From assembly GCA_965215195.1 (NCBI GenBank), contig CBDCDC010000002.1:4704001-4768000 (forward strand): a stretch of 64,000 nucleotides of DNA, given 5' to 3'. The position numbers and the translations under genes are program-made. The notes under the pieces were generated by a model. The model saw only the letters and a list, made by a program, of their open reading frames with translations, was not told where the DNA came from and made no database searches. This document shows, in pieces, positions 19,266 to 29,003 of this stretch. Source of the DNA: Candidatus Latescibacterota bacterium (GTDB taxonomy: Bacteria; Latescibacterota; UBA2968; UBA8231). The first letter of the stretch is position 1; every line of letters starts with the position of its first letter.

Positions 19266-20288
19266 TTAGTAATCAACCACCACTTTGATGGTTTGGGGCT
19301 GGAGCGCTGCGTCGAAACCGGCGACCAAGTCGGGAAAAGCGACGCACTGCGAGATGAGGGGCCCCACGTTGAGTTGCTGCCGCGCCAACAGGTCGAGGGC
19401 CTCGGGAAATACGTGGGCAAAGCGGAACGAACCGCGGACGGTCAGTTCCTTTTGCATGACCAAGTTGACCGGCAGTTCAATCGGGCCGCCTTGGACGCCC
19501 AACTGCACGATGGTGCCACCGGCCTTGCAGTGCGCGTACGCGGCTTGCAGGGCAGCCGGAGCACCAGAGGCTTCCACTACTACATCGAATCCCGCGCCCG
19601 CCGCCCGCGCCATGGCCGCCGAATCGTCGGCGCACACCGGCTGATCGGCCCACAGCGACGTGGCCAAGTCGAGCGCACTTTGGCGAATATCGCTGACCGC
19701 GAGATGGGCTGCTCCGTAGTGCCGAGCGACTAGGCCAATGAGCTGGCCGATGGGACCAGCACCGGTCACCAACGCGCGCTTGCCAGCGATCCCCCCGGCT
19801 TGGCCGACGCCGTGGACCGCAATGGATAGCGGCTCGAGTAGGGCCGCTTGGCGATAGTCCATCGCAGCGGGCAGCGGATGGCAGTTGTGTGCATGGACTT
19901 GCACGCATTCGCGGAACGAGCCGTCTTGGGGTGGGCTACAGGCAGCGGAGCCAAAGTAGCGCATCTGCGGGCAGAGGTTGTAGCGGCCTTGGCGGCAGGG
20001 GGCGCACGTGCGACAGGGGTGGGACGGGTCGATGGCCACTCGGCTGCCCGCCGGCAGCACGTCCGCGAACGCGCCCGCATCGACGACTTCCCCGGCGGCC
20101 TCGTGTCCGAGGACAAAGGGACGCTCTGGAACGAAATCGCCGTTTCTGCCGTGTACATAGTAGTGCAGATCCGACCCACAGATGCCGGTGGCGCGGATTT
20201 GCACCAAGACCTCGTCCGCGGCAATCTGCGGCCGGTCGATTTCCGCGGCGCGCAGATCGCGAGCGCCGTGTAGGTAAAAGGCTTGCAC
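19266..20288 (-). CDS. Zn-dependent dehydrogenase, L-idonate 5-dehydrogenase/sorbitol dehydrogenase-like
   Basis: GICGSDLHYY.HG, LGHE, CRTCAPC...C, EPLSIAVH, GAGPIG, GSFRF. GTG start at 20288. Confidence 0.85.
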   Translation of the reverse strand: MQAFYLHGARDLRAAEIDRPQIAADEVLVQIRATGICGSDLHYYVHGRNGDFVPERPFVLGHEAAGEVVDAGAFADVLPAGSRVAIDPSHPCRTCAPCRQGRYNLCPQMRYFGSAACSPPQDGSFRECVQVHAHNCHPLPAAMDYRQAALLEPLSIAVHGVGQAGGIAGKRALVTGAGPIGQLIGLVARHYGAAHLAVSDIRQSALDLATSLWADQPVCADDSAAMARAAGAGFDVVVEASGAPAALQAAYAHCKAGGTIVQLGVQGGPIELPVNLVMQKELTVRGSFRFAHVFPEALDLLARQQLNVGPLISQCVAFPDLVAGFDAALQPQTIKVVVDY

Positions 20289-20330
20289 GAAGCGGATAGT
20301 AGCGGCCAAAGTACAGCGCGTCAAGGGAAA

Positions 20331-20693
20331 GGGGTCAAACTCGCCGCCCACCAAGACGATCCCCCGGCCGAAACCCTTTTCGGCACGGGCCGGCTCCTGA
20401 CCAATCACGACGCCATGCAGCGGTTGATCGACCTCGTGCCCAGTCCGAGCAATGGGCTGGAGTTTTGCCAGGGAACAGTGGCGGAGATGGGGCCGGACAA
20501 GACGATCGCAGCCGTGCGCCGCTTCGCCGCACCGGGCAGTGCATTTCCGCAATGTGCGCGGCGGCTTCCCCGGGCCACGTCAACATGATCGCCGCGCTCG
20601 CGACGCTGGCGGAGTCATCACGCCCGACCACACGCCTCGCGTAATCGGCGACGAGTCGTACGGACATTGAGGCCGAGCTTTTCGCGCTGGAAT
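20331..20693 (+). pseudogene. Decayed 3' fragment of a second UxuA-family gene
   Basis: GVKLAAHQDDPP...NGLEFCQGTVAEM, then in shifted frames VHFRNVRGGFP / GHVNMIAAL / GVITPDHTP...GH*GRAF. Confidence 0.75.
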
Positions 20694-20711
20694 TGCTGGA
20701 TTAGTGGGAAG

Positions 20712-20799
20712 TGGTGCCGAGGGCCGGACTCGAACCGGCACGTCCTAAGCGGACAGTGGATTTTAAGTCCACCGCGTCTACCAATTCCGCCACCCCGGC
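20712..20799 (-). tRNA. tRNA-Leu (TAA)
   Basis: GCCGGGGTGGCGGAATTGGTAGACGCGGTGGAC-TTAAAA-TCCAC...GGTTCGAGTCCGGCCCTCGGCACCA; long variable arm, encoded CCA. Confidence 0.97.
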
Positions 20800-20814
20800 G
20801 CATAAACAAAAAAA

Positions 20815-20888
20815 TGGAGGCGACGCCCGGAATCGAACCGGGGATAAGGGCTTTGCAGGCCCCTGCCTTACCACTTGGCCACGTCGCC
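20815..20888 (-). tRNA. tRNA-Cys (GCA)
   Basis: GGCGACGTGGCCAAGTGGTAAGGCAGGGGCCTGCAAAGCCC...GGTTCGATTCCGGGCGTCGCCTCCA. Confidence 0.97.
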
Positions 20889-20903
20889 TCAAACAGGAAT
20901 TTG

Positions 20904-20932
20904 AAAGTACGCGACCCGCAGGCTCCTGTCAA
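20904..20932 (-). promoter_or_regulatory. sigma70 promoter of the tRNA-Cys/Leu pair
   Basis: TTGACA-17 bp-TACTTT on the minus strand, 15 nt upstream of tRNA-Cys. Confidence 0.7.
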
Positions 20933-21083
20933 CCTGCCTGCCGCCTGCTTGCGCCATGTGTTCTGCGCCGAGAATAGATTAAAGATGTGATGGTATCTCG
21001 ACCGCCTCTTTGACGTGGTTCACAAAATCCATAACATAAAAAGAGCATTGCTACAAATGTCGTGACGCATTAAGGAGGGAGAA

Positions 21084-21297
21084 ATGACTACTACTGAAGA
21101 GCGCGTCAGCAGGCTCGAGGGCACCCATGAACACTTTGCCACTAAAGCCGATGTAGCCGACGTCAAAACCGAACTCGCCAATGTCAAAACCGACGTGCAG
21201 GAACTCAGAAGCGAACTCAAGGCCATGGAGACGCGCCTCTGGACTATTGATAGCCAGCGCCGGCGCGACAGTAGCCATATTGCGTTTCCTGTCTTAG
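21084..21297 (+). pseudogene. Small coiled-coil protein (DUF1640/CCDC90-like) with an apparent frameshift before its C-terminal TM helix
   Basis: SD AAGGAGG; ATKADV plus heptad repeats. Hydrophobic tail [18 protein letters not shown] lies in the +1 frame (21241-21297). Confidence 0.6.
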
Positions 21298-21325
21298 CGG
21301 TCGGCTGCACCCGTCAGCTTTCACC

Positions 21326-22117
21326 ATGCGACAATACCTCGACCTAGTAAGCCATTGCCTCGACCGCGGCGCGGCCAAAGCCGACCGCACGGGCGTCGGC
21401 ACCCTCGCCATCTTCGGCTATCAGATGCGCTTTGATCTCGCGGCCGGGTTCCCCTGCCTGACCACCAAGAAGCTGCATTTGCGTTCCATCATCCACGAAC
21501 TCTTGTGGTTCCTCAAGGGCGACACCAACGCGGCCTATTTGCAAAAGAAAAACGTCCGCATCTGGGACGAATGGGCCGACGAAAGCGGCGACCTCGGCCC
21601 CATCTACGGCAAGCAGTGGCGCAACTGGACCACCCCGGACGGCCCCATCGACCAAATTCAACGCGCCGTTGACCTCATTAAGACCGATCCCGATTCGCGC
21701 CGCATCCTCGTCAGCGCGTGGAACGTCGGCGAGTTGGAGCAAATGGCCCTCATGCCCTGCCACTGCCTGTTCCAGTTTTTCGTCGCCCGCGGCCAGCTTT
21801 CCTGCCAGCTCTATCAACGCTCTTGCGACGTGGGCCTTGGCGTGCCGTTCAACATCGCCAGCTACAGCCTGCTGACCATGATGATGGCCCAAGTCTGCGG
21901 CTTGCAGCCCGGGGAATTCGTCTGGACCGGCGGCGACGTCCACATCTATCAGAACCACGTCGCCGCACTGCGCCAACAACTCACCCGCACCCCCCGGCCG
22001 CAGCCGGTGATGACCATTAAAAATCGCGGCCAGTCGATTTCCAACTTCCGCTACGACGATTTCCAACTGCTCAACTACCATCCCCATCCCTCCATCCCCA
22101 TGGAAATCGCCGTCTGA
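21326..22117 (+). CDS. thyA: Thymidylate synthase
   Basis: [38 protein letters not shown]. Confidence 0.98.
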   Translation: MRQYLDLVSHCLDRGAAKADRTGVGTLAIFGYQMRFDLAAGFPCLTTKKLHLRSIIHELLWFLKGDTNAAYLQKKNVRIWDEWADESGDLGPIYGKQWRNWTTPDGPIDQIQRAVDLIKTDPDSRRILVSAWNVGELEQMALMPCHCLFQFFVARGQLSCQLYQRSCDVGLGVPFNIASYSLLTMMMAQVCGLQPGEFVWTGGDVHIYQNHVAALRQQLTRTPRPQPVMTIKNRGQSISNFRYDDFQLLNYHPHPSIPMEIAV

Positions 22118-22162
22118 CGGGCCTGTTTGCACCGGCCTCTCGGTCGGCGGGTACTCCTGTTA

Positions 22163-22519
22163 TCAGTCTTGGTTCAGGACAATCACTTGGGCATGTGCCG
22201 CATCTATGGTCCAAGCCCCAACCTGTCCGTCCTCGTCCAAGTCGGCCCGCACCACCAACCAGAATCCGTCGGTGACGAGCCACAACTCCCAAGCATAGCC
22301 CTCTACCCGCCACCAAGCGCGCCGCACCTTCTCGTCATTCGGGTCGAGGTAGCGGCCGTGCTCGGCAAAATAGGCCCTTTCGACCAAGTAGAGCTGCTCC
22401 AACCGCGCCTCCAATTGGATCAAGCGCCGCTCAGCAGGGGTCAAGCGAGAGAAATGCACGATCCCCAGCCCTATGAGCACCGCCAGCAAAAGTGCCAACT
22501 CGAGCAGTCTCAGCGACAT
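22163..22519 (-). CDS. Small membrane-anchored protein, degenerate type IV pilin-like
   Basis: N-terminal LLELALLLAVL helix, ERAYFAEHGRY, DLDEDG..WTID. Confidence 0.5.
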   Translation of the reverse strand: MSLRLLELALLLAVLIGLGIVHFSRLTPAERRLIQLEARLEQLYLVERAYFAEHGRYLDPNDEKVRRAWWRVEGYAWELWLVTDGFWLVVRADLDEDGQVGAWTIDAAHAQVIVLNQD

Positions 22520-24072
22520 GGGATAACGACCTCTTCGACGACTTGGGCCGCGTCTAAGTCAATCGGCTCGCCATAGCGTCCATAAGGCTCGGCATAGCGA
22601 AAGGGGTTGAGCGAGCCGCGGCCGTGCTCTTTGTCGCCATCGCGATCTACAAACGCCCACAGCGCGTACGTGCCGGCTAGCAGGCCGTCCAGCGCAAACC
22701 GTCCCTCTTCGTCGGCCCACTCGGCGTACGTCCGCCCGTCCTCGTTGATGGCCGCGACCCGGACGCGACCCATTTCCCCGGCCTGTACCTGCCCCCGAAT
22801 CGCCGCGGTCTCCGCGCTGACCGCAAACGAGAGCGCAAGGAGGCTGTCGGCGAGGCCGTTGCCGGCCCGGTCCACGAGCTGAGCGGCCGGCCCGGCGAGC
22901 CGATATGCACCCGGCACCAGCGGTTCGGCGGGCGCAAAGCGGGCGCAGTTGGGCGCTGGCCACAGCCAATCCCCAGCTAGTGCTTGCGTCGAATCGCTCT
23001 CCGTCCACAATTTTTCCAGCGCGACCGGCTGCATGGCCTCAGAAAAAAGCAAGTCCAGCGCGTCCCCTGGCGCCAGTTGATCCCGCGCTAGTGCGACGAA
23101 AGAGGGCGGCTTGTGGTCGGGCCGCCCACTGCCGCGGACGGGCGCGTCCCACTGCACGGGCGCACCGGCGAGCGCGAGCTGCACGGCATAGCGCCGGCCC
23201 GGCTCTTGCGCTGCCGTCTCCACGTAAATTTTCTCCTCTGCATCCGGGGCCGCGTACAGCGACTCCATCGCCAGCCCGGCGACCTCCAGTTCTAAGTCTT
23301 GCGGATCCACAGCCTCGGCAAACAGCAACATCAGCCGCTCGGCGTGTATGGCCTGGACCCGCTTGAGCGCGGGCGCGGGCACCTGCTGACGCACGAGGGC
23401 CAAATCGCCAGCCAGCACCTCTTCTTCCCCCACTTCCACAGAGGACGCCGGCAGGGCCAGCCACTCGTCGGCATCTGGCAGGACGTTGCGGTTTGCGTCC
23501 CTAAAGGCCAGCACCCGATAAGGGCCTGGAGCGAGGCGGGCAAATTCGTAGCCCCCATCGGTACCGCTCTGAGTCTGATAGGACGGTTCGTCCAATCCCA
23601 CCCGCCCGCTAAAGGTTCCCAAGTCATAGGCCCAAACATGGGCGCTGGCTATGGGTTGATGGTCTTGGTACACCCGGCCCCGCATCAAGCCTTGGTCGAG
23701 TTGTAAGCCGGTGGCAAAAGCCAAGGTAAAGGATTTCGTCAAGGCATTGCCCCGCAGATCGCGCGCCCCAGTACCTACCGTCAGCACGTAGGTCCGCTCC
23801 TCGGCCAAGGGCATGGCAATGCGCAGCCGCCGGCCGCGCCACGCCAGTTGCAGCGGCCCGGTCGGCGAGGTGAAAATAGCGGCTTCGGTCTGCTCGCGAT
23901 TCATGGGTTCGCTGAAGACGATTTCTACTTTGGTATCCCGCGCCACTGCCAAGGCGTCGCTCTCCGGGTAGTGAGACAGAATGCGGGGCGGTTCTTTGTC
24001 CACCGGCCCGCCGGTGGGCGGCCCGACTTTGGCGCAACCCAAGAACAGCGCGACCAAGACGCTAATCAGCAC
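22510..24072 (-). CDS. Lipoprotein with Ig-like (Big_5) domains
   Basis: Lipobox LFLG-C, CAKVGPPTGGPVDKEPP, FSEPM, DLRGN. Confidence 0.8.
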   Translation of the reverse strand: MLISVLVALFLGCAKVGPPTGGPVDKEPPRILSHYPESDALAVARDTKVEIVFSEPMNREQTEAAIFTSPTGPLQLAWRGRRLRIAMPLAEERTYVLTVGTGARDLRGNALTKSFTLAFATGLQLDQGLMRGRVYQDHQPIASAHVWAYDLGTFSGRVGLDEPSYQTQSGTDGGYEFARLAPGPYRVLAFRDANRNVLPDADEWLALPASSVEVGEEEVLAGDLALVRQQVPAPALKRVQAIHAERLMLLFAEAVDPQDLELEVAGLAMESLYAAPDAEEKIYVETAAQEPGRRYAVQLALAGAPVQWDAPVRGSGRPDHKPPSFVALARDQLAPGDALDLLFSEAMQPVALEKLWTESDSTQALAGDWLWPAPNCARFAPAEPLVPGAYRLAGPAAQLVDRAGNGLADSLLALSFAVSAETAAIRGQVQAGEMGRVRVAAINEDGRTYAEWADEEGRFALDGLLAGTYALWAFVDRDGDKEHGRGSLNPFRYAEPYGRYGEPIDLDAAQVVEEVVIPCR

Positions 24073-25018
24073 CGTGCGGGTGGGCCTCGGCGTACATGGC
24101 TTGCAGGTGCTCCAAGCTCACTTCGGTATAGCTCTGAGTCGCGGCCAAGGTTGCGTGGCCGAGGAGCTCCTTGACGGCCACCAAGTCGGCGCCAGCGTCG
24201 AGGAGATGGGCGGCAAAGGAGTGGCGCAGGCGATGCGGGCTAAGCGAATCGTCTTCTGATACGGTGCGCAGATGGCGCTCGACGATGCGCTGCACGGTGC
24301 GGCGGCTCAAGCGCTTGCCGCGTCCGTTGAGGAAGAGGGCACCGGCTTCTACTTGGGACATATCGCATTCGAGCAGGACCTCGGCGCGGCGGTGCAAGTA
24401 CGCTTTGAGCGCCTCTTGCGCTTTTGCACCAATGGGGGCGATGCGCTCCTTGCGGCCCTTGCCCATCACCTTGATGGTGCCTTCGGCCAAATCCAGCGAC
24501 GAGAGGTTGAGCGCCACCAACTCGCCGAGGCGAATGCCCCCTCCGTAGAATACCTCTAGGATGGCCCGGTCCCGCACGCCGCTGAACCGCTCGGTAGCAG
24601 GGGCTTCCATGGCCTCGGCGACCTGCTCTACGGGCAGGTGCCGCGGCAATGCCCGCTCGACTAAGGGCGATGCCACTGCACCCGCCGGATTGGCGACGAG
24701 TGCGCCCTCGCGACAGAGATAGCGAAAGAGCGAGCGCAGGGCCGCCAATTTGCGGGCGACAGTGCTGGCCTTGAGGCCCTTTTCCTCTAGGTCGGCGACA
24801 AAGGACTGCACCTGCTCGCGCTGCACTGCCCGCAGCGGCAATTGCAACTCATCGACGCGCGGGTAGAGAAAGCGGGCAAATTGCTGCAAGTCGCAGCTAT
24901 ATGAACTGAGGGTGTACTCGGCGTAGTTGCGCTCTTTGTGCAGGTATTCCAAGAAGCGGGCAATGCCCTCTTCAAGGCTGGTTCCAGGGTGCAGAGCGCT
25001 CTGCGGTGCATCGGCCAT
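24062..25018 (-). CDS. xerC: Tyrosine recombinase XerC-like
   Basis: RDRAILE, GIRLGEL, GKGRKER, HRLRHSFA, LLGH and catalytic Tyr; lies directly downstream of topA. Confidence 0.88.
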   Translation of the reverse strand: MADAPQSALHPGTSLEEGIARFLEYLHKERNYAEYTLSSYSCDLQQFARFLYPRVDELQLPLRAVQREQVQSFVADLEEKGLKASTVARKLAALRSLFRYLCREGALVANPAGAVASPLVERALPRHLPVEQVAEAMEAPATERFSGVRDRAILEVFYGGGIRLGELVALNLSSLDLAEGTIKVMGKGRKERIAPIGAKAQEALKAYLHRRAEVLLECDMSQVEAGALFLNGRGKRLSRRTVQRIVERHLRTVSEDDSLSPHRLRHSFAAHLLDAGADLVAVKELLGHATLAATQSYTEVSLEHLQAMYAEAHPHGAD

Positions 25019-25047
25019 GGCGTAGCCAGCCAAAAAGAAAAGAGTAC

Positions 25048-27333
25048 TCAGGCCGCTTGGGCGCTTTTGTCTTTTTCGCCCTCTTCGCTTTCGTACTCGG
25101 TGCCGCAGACCCGGCAGTACACGGCTGGGGTGCCCGAGCGGCTACTCTTTTCGTAAAGCAAGGCGGCGTCGCAATGCGTGCATTTGCGGTCTATGGGGCG
25201 GTCCCAACTGGCGAACTTGCACTGGGGATAGGTACTGCAACCAAAGAAGACCTTGCCCTTGCGCGACCGCTTCTCCGCGATCTGGCCCTCGCAGCCATCC
25301 TCTGGACATTGGATCCCGAGGACGTAGGGCTTGACGTTTTTGCAAGCTGGATAGCCGCTACAAGCCAAGAAGCGACCATAGCGACCCGTCTTGACGACCA
25401 TGGGCGCACTGCACTGATCGCAGGTCTCGTCGGTCTCCACCTCGCTTTGCTCTTCGAGGGGTTTGGTATTTTTGCACTTGGGATAACCAGAGCAGGCGAG
25501 GAAGCGGCCGTTGCGACCCCACTTGACGACCATGTCGGCCCCGCACTCTTCGCAGTCCTCGTCCGACGCCTCTTGCAGTGCCAGCTTTAGCTCTTTGCGG
25601 CGGTTGTTGGCCGCGTCTAAGTCGCCCTTCCACGAGTCGTAGAACTGCTGCACGATCGCCACCCAGTTGGTGCCCCCCTCCTCAACCTGATCGAGCTTGT
25701 CCTCCATGTTGGCCGTGAAAGCCACGTTGAAGAGGTGCGGAAAGGTATCGACGAGTAGTTTGTTGACGGTTTGGCCGCGCTCGGTGGCCACGAAGTAGCG
25801 GTTATCGACCTTTTCGACGTACTGGCGCTCGAGGATGGTAGTGATGATTTGCGCGTAGGTCGAGGGACGGCCAATGCCCTCGGACTCTAGTTGCTTGACG
25901 AGAGACGCCTCGGTAAAGCGCGGCGGTGGCTTGGTAAAGTGCTGCTCGGGCGCGATCTCCTCTAGCTTCAGCACCTCGCCTTGGGCAATGTCAGCGGGCA
26001 TTGAGTCGTCCTCTTCTTCCCCTTGGGCCATGCCGTTAGACACGGCCTTTGACTTGTCCTCTTCTTCCTTGCTCTCGCTGTAGAGCAGAGTAAAGCCCGG
26101 AAACTTGACGACGCTCCCCGTGGCGCGGAGCAAATAGGGGCCGGCCTCGACATTGGCCGTCGTGATGCTGAGCACCTGCGGCTTCATTTGCGAGGCCACG
26201 AATCGCTTCCAGATCAGGGAGTACACCCGCGCCTGATCCGGCTTGAGCAAGTGCTTGATCTCGTCTGGATGCAGGGCCACCGAGGTGGGGCGTATGGCCT
26301 CGTGGGCGTCTTGGGCACTGTTTTTGGTCCGGTAGTGCTTGGGCGTTTTGGGCACGTACTCGCGACCGTAGAGGGCGTCGATCCGCTCGCGCACTTCGGC
26401 GATGGCGTCGGCTGCAACGCGTACCGAATCCGTGCGCATATAGGTAATCAGGCCACGGGTCTCGCCCTCAACTTCAATGCCTTCGTATAGCTGCTGAGCT
26501 ACAGCCATGGTGCGCTTGACCGAAAAGCGCATCCGCCGAGCACATTCTTGCTGCAAGGTGCTGGTCGTGAAGGGCGGGGCCGGGCGACGCACTTGGTCGC
26601 GCTTCTTGACCTCTTTGACCGCTATATCCTGCGCGGCGAGCTCGGCGGCGATGCGAGCGGCCTGCTCCTGATTGACGATGTCGAGCTTCTCGCCGTCTTT
26701 GGCCAAAAGGCGCGCCCAGAACGAACCTCGGTTCTCGCGGCCCAAACGGGCCTCGATCGACCAGTACTCCTGAGAGTCGAATGCCTTGATCTCGCGGTCG
26801 CGCTCGCAGATTAGCCGCACGGCTACGGACTGCACCCGACCGGCTGAAAGACCGGAGTGTATGACCTTCCACAAGAGCGGGCTGATCTCGTAACCGACCA
26901 AGCGGTCGAGTACGCGCCGCGCCTGTTGGGCATCGATCTTGTGGAGGTCTAGTGCGCCCGAGTGCGCCAGCGACTCGCGCACGGCCTTGGGCGTGATCTC
27001 GTTGAAGAGGATCCGCTTGACGTCGTCGTCCTTGCGGGCGATGGCTTGGGCCACGTGCCAAGCAATGGCCTCGCCCTCGCGGTCGGGGTCAGTGGCCAAA
27101 TAAGTGGTATCGGCGGCTTGGGCTGCTTTGCGGAGGCCGCTGAGGATCTTGCCCTTGCCCCGAATCGTTACGTAGCGCGGCTTGAAGCCGTCTTCAATGT
27201 CGATGCCCAGCTCTTTCGGCGGCAGGTCCCGCACGTGCCCCATACAGGGTTTGACTACAAAATTTTTGCCTAAAATTTTGTTGATTGTCTTGGCCTTGGC
27301 CGGCGATTCGACAACCACCAATGATTTGCCCAT
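25048..27333 (-). CDS. topA: DNA topoisomerase I with C-terminal Zn ribbons
   Basis: VESPAKAKTI, ATDPDREGE, SAGRVQS, ITYMRTDS, GIGRPSTY. Confidence 0.98.
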   Translation of the reverse strand: MGKSLVVVESPAKAKTINKILGKNFVVKPCMGHVRDLPPKELGIDIEDGFKPRYVTIRGKGKILSGLRKAAQAADTTYLATDPDREGEAIAWHVAQAIARKDDDVKRILFNEITPKAVRESLAHSGALDLHKIDAQQARRVLDRLVGYEISPLLWKVIHSGLSAGRVQSVAVRLICERDREIKAFDSQEYWSIEARLGRENRGSFWARLLAKDGEKLDIVNQEQAARIAAELAAQDIAVKEVKKRDQVRRPAPPFTTSTLQQECARRMRFSVKRTMAVAQQLYEGIEVEGETRGLITYMRTDSVRVAADAIAEVRERIDALYGREYVPKTPKHYRTKNSAQDAHEAIRPTSVALHPDEIKHLLKPDQARVYSLIWKRFVASQMKPQVLSITTANVEAGPYLLRATGSVVKFPGFTLLYSESKEEEDKSKAVSNGMAQGEEEDDSMPADIAQGEVLKLEEIAPEQHFTKPPPRFTEASLVKQLESEGIGRPSTYAQIITTILERQYVEKVDNRYFVATERGQTVNKLLVDTFPHLFNVAFTANMEDKLDQVEEGGTNWVAIVQQFYDSWKGDLDAANNRRKELKLALQEASDEDCEECGADMVVKWGRNGRFLACSGYPKCKNTKPLEEQSEVETDETCDQCSAPMVVKTGRYGRFLACSGYPACKNVKPYVLGIQCPEDGCEGQIAEKRSRKGKVFFGCSTYPQCKFASWDRPIDRKCTHCDAALLYEKSSRSGTPAVYCRVCGTEYESEEGEKDKSAQAA

Positions 27334-27382
27334 CTGCTCCCTCGGTTGATAGTACTGAAGCCGTAAGTTGTGTAATTTGCTG

Positions 27383-27411
27383 AATATATAGACGCCCTAA
27401 AACAACCGCAA
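27383..27411 (-). promoter_or_regulatory. Putative sigma70 promoter for topA
   Basis: TTGCGG-17 bp-TATATT on the minus strand. Confidence 0.4.
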
Positions 27412-27492
27412 GACGCGCTCTTGACAAACCAGAGCCGCTGCCTTTTTGTAACGCACTTGGTATTGCGCACTGCATTTTCTGGGGTTTGCACC

Positions 27493-28248
27493 TTGGTCCA
27501 CCGCAAGAAATTGAGCGAAATAGAGCACATTGCCGCTAGCTGCGAAATCGTCTGTGCCGTCCAGCAGAAGCTCGAAGCACTCGTCGCGCCTGGCGTCAGC
27601 ACCCTCGAGCTGGACCAAGTCGCCGAGACCGAAATCCGCTCCTTAGGGGCTGTGCCCGCCTTTAAGGGCTACCACGGCTTCCCCTACTCAATTTGCGCTT
27701 CAGTAAACTCCGCAATCGCGCATGGGTTCCCCGACAAAACCCCGCTGCAACAAGGCGACATCGTCAGCATTGACGTGGGTGCCCGCCTCAACGGCTACTA
27801 TGGCGACGGGGCCTTTACCGCCGCGGTCGGCGCGATCAGTGCGCCGGCCCAGCACCTCATCAAGGGCACTCTCGCCTGCCTCGCGCGGGGCATTGACCGA
27901 GCGCGATCCGGCGGGCGACTCTCCGACATCTCGCATGCCATCCAGTGCCACGCCGAGAGCCAAGGGCTGGCCGTAGTGCGCGAGTACGGGGGCCACGGCA
28001 TTGGCCGCGAGCTGCACGAGTCGCCCCATATCGACAACTATGGCCCACCCGGCAAAGGCCCTCGGCTCAAGCCTGGACACGTATTCTGCATCGAGCCGAT
28101 TCTCTGCCTGGGCAACCCCCAAATCGACCACCTTGACGACTGGACCACCCTTACCGCCGACCGCTCGCTCGCCGCCCACGCCGAGCACACCGTCGCCATT
28201 ACTGAGGACGGTCCGCGAATTCTGACCCTGCCCGCTGTGCTGGCATGA
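27493..28248 (+). CDS. map: Methionine aminopeptidase type I
   Basis: SICASVN...HG, DVG...GDG, GHGIG..LHE, EP, EHT. TTG start at 27493 is inferred. Confidence 0.95.
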   Translation: MVHRKKLSEIEHIAASCEIVCAVQQKLEALVAPGVSTLELDQVAETEIRSLGAVPAFKGYHGFPYSICASVNSAIAHGFPDKTPLQQGDIVSIDVGARLNGYYGDGAFTAAVGAISAPAQHLIKGTLACLARGIDRARSGGRLSDISHAIQCHAESQGLAVVREYGGHGIGRELHESPHIDNYGPPGKGPRLKPGHVFCIEPILCLGNPQIDHLDDWTTLTADRSLAAHAEHTVAITEDGPRILTLPAVLA

Positions 28249-29003
28249 AGGTCACCTTCCTCGGCACCGGCACCTCCATTGGAGTGCCGCGCATCGGCTG
28301 CTACTGCCCGGTTTGTACCTCGGACGACCCGAAAAACAAGCGCTTGCGCTGCGCCTTACACCTAGCACATCAAGGTCGGTCCATCCTCGTAGATACCGGC
28401 CCGGATCTCAGAACCCAAGCCCTGCGCTATCGGATCGACCGCGTCGATTGCATACTGTTGACCCACGGCCACGCCGATCACTTGCACGGGCTCGACGACG
28501 TGCGCCCCTATTGCTTTGACCGCGACCAGCCGCTGCCCTGCTATGCAGATCCGCACACCATTGCACGCATCGAACGCGTCTTTGACTACGCCTTTGACAA
28601 AGACGCCCCCAGCGCGACGCCGCAGATTGCCCTGCGTCCGATTGCCGGGCCGTTCACGGCCTGTGGGCTCGCCATTGAGCCACTCACCATCTATCACGGC
28701 CGCGCCCCGGTCCTCGCCTTCCGCATCGGCGACTTCGCCTACGCCACGGACACCAACTACATCCCAGAGGCGGCCATGGCGCGGCTGCGCGGCCTAGAGG
28801 TCTTGGTCCTCGACGCACTGCGCCACAAAGAACATCCCACCCATTTCAACGTTGAGCAGGCGTTGGCCATTGTCGCCGAGCTCCGGCCCGCTCGCACGTA
28901 CTTCACGCATATAGCCCACGACCTCGACCACCAGCAGACCAATGCCGAGCTCCCCCTAGGCGTACAACTCGCCTACGACGGATTGGTGCTGGAGTTACAA
29001 TAA
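28245..29003 (+). CDS. MBL-fold metallo-hydrolase, PhnP-like
   Basis: LGTGTS.GVP..GC.C.VC, THGHADHLHGLDD, HPTHF, AYDG. Confidence 0.92.
   Translation: MKVTFLGTGTSIGVPRIGCYCPVCTSDDPKNKRLRCALHLAHQGRSILVDTGPDLRTQALRYRIDRVDCILLTHGHADHLHGLDDVRPYCFDRDQPLPCYADPHTIARIERVFDYAFDKDAPSATPQIALRPIAGPFTACGLAIEPLTIYHGRAPVLAFRIGDFAYATDTNYIPEAAMARLRGLEVLVLDALRHKEHPTHFNVEQALAIVAELRPARTYFTHIAHDLDHQQTNAELPLGVQLAYDGLVLELQ

Noticed and set aside
20665-20670. TGA as a selenocysteine or read-through codon
   Set aside because: Lies in a multiply frameshifted pseudogene at a probable Arg position.
20690-20730. attL/attR duplication of the tRNA-Leu 3' end
   Set aside because: No second copy noticed in the window.
21344-22132. 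262-aa antisense ORF over thyA, and similar long shadow ORFs (e.g. 40622-41818, 53688-54644, 7359-8447)
   Set aside because: Typical antisense or alternate-frame ORFs of GC-rich genes; no recognisable motifs.
24062-25018. Prophage/ICE integrase
   Set aside because: Length, motifs and position after topA fit housekeeping XerC; no att sites or mobile genes nearby, and no dif site recognised.
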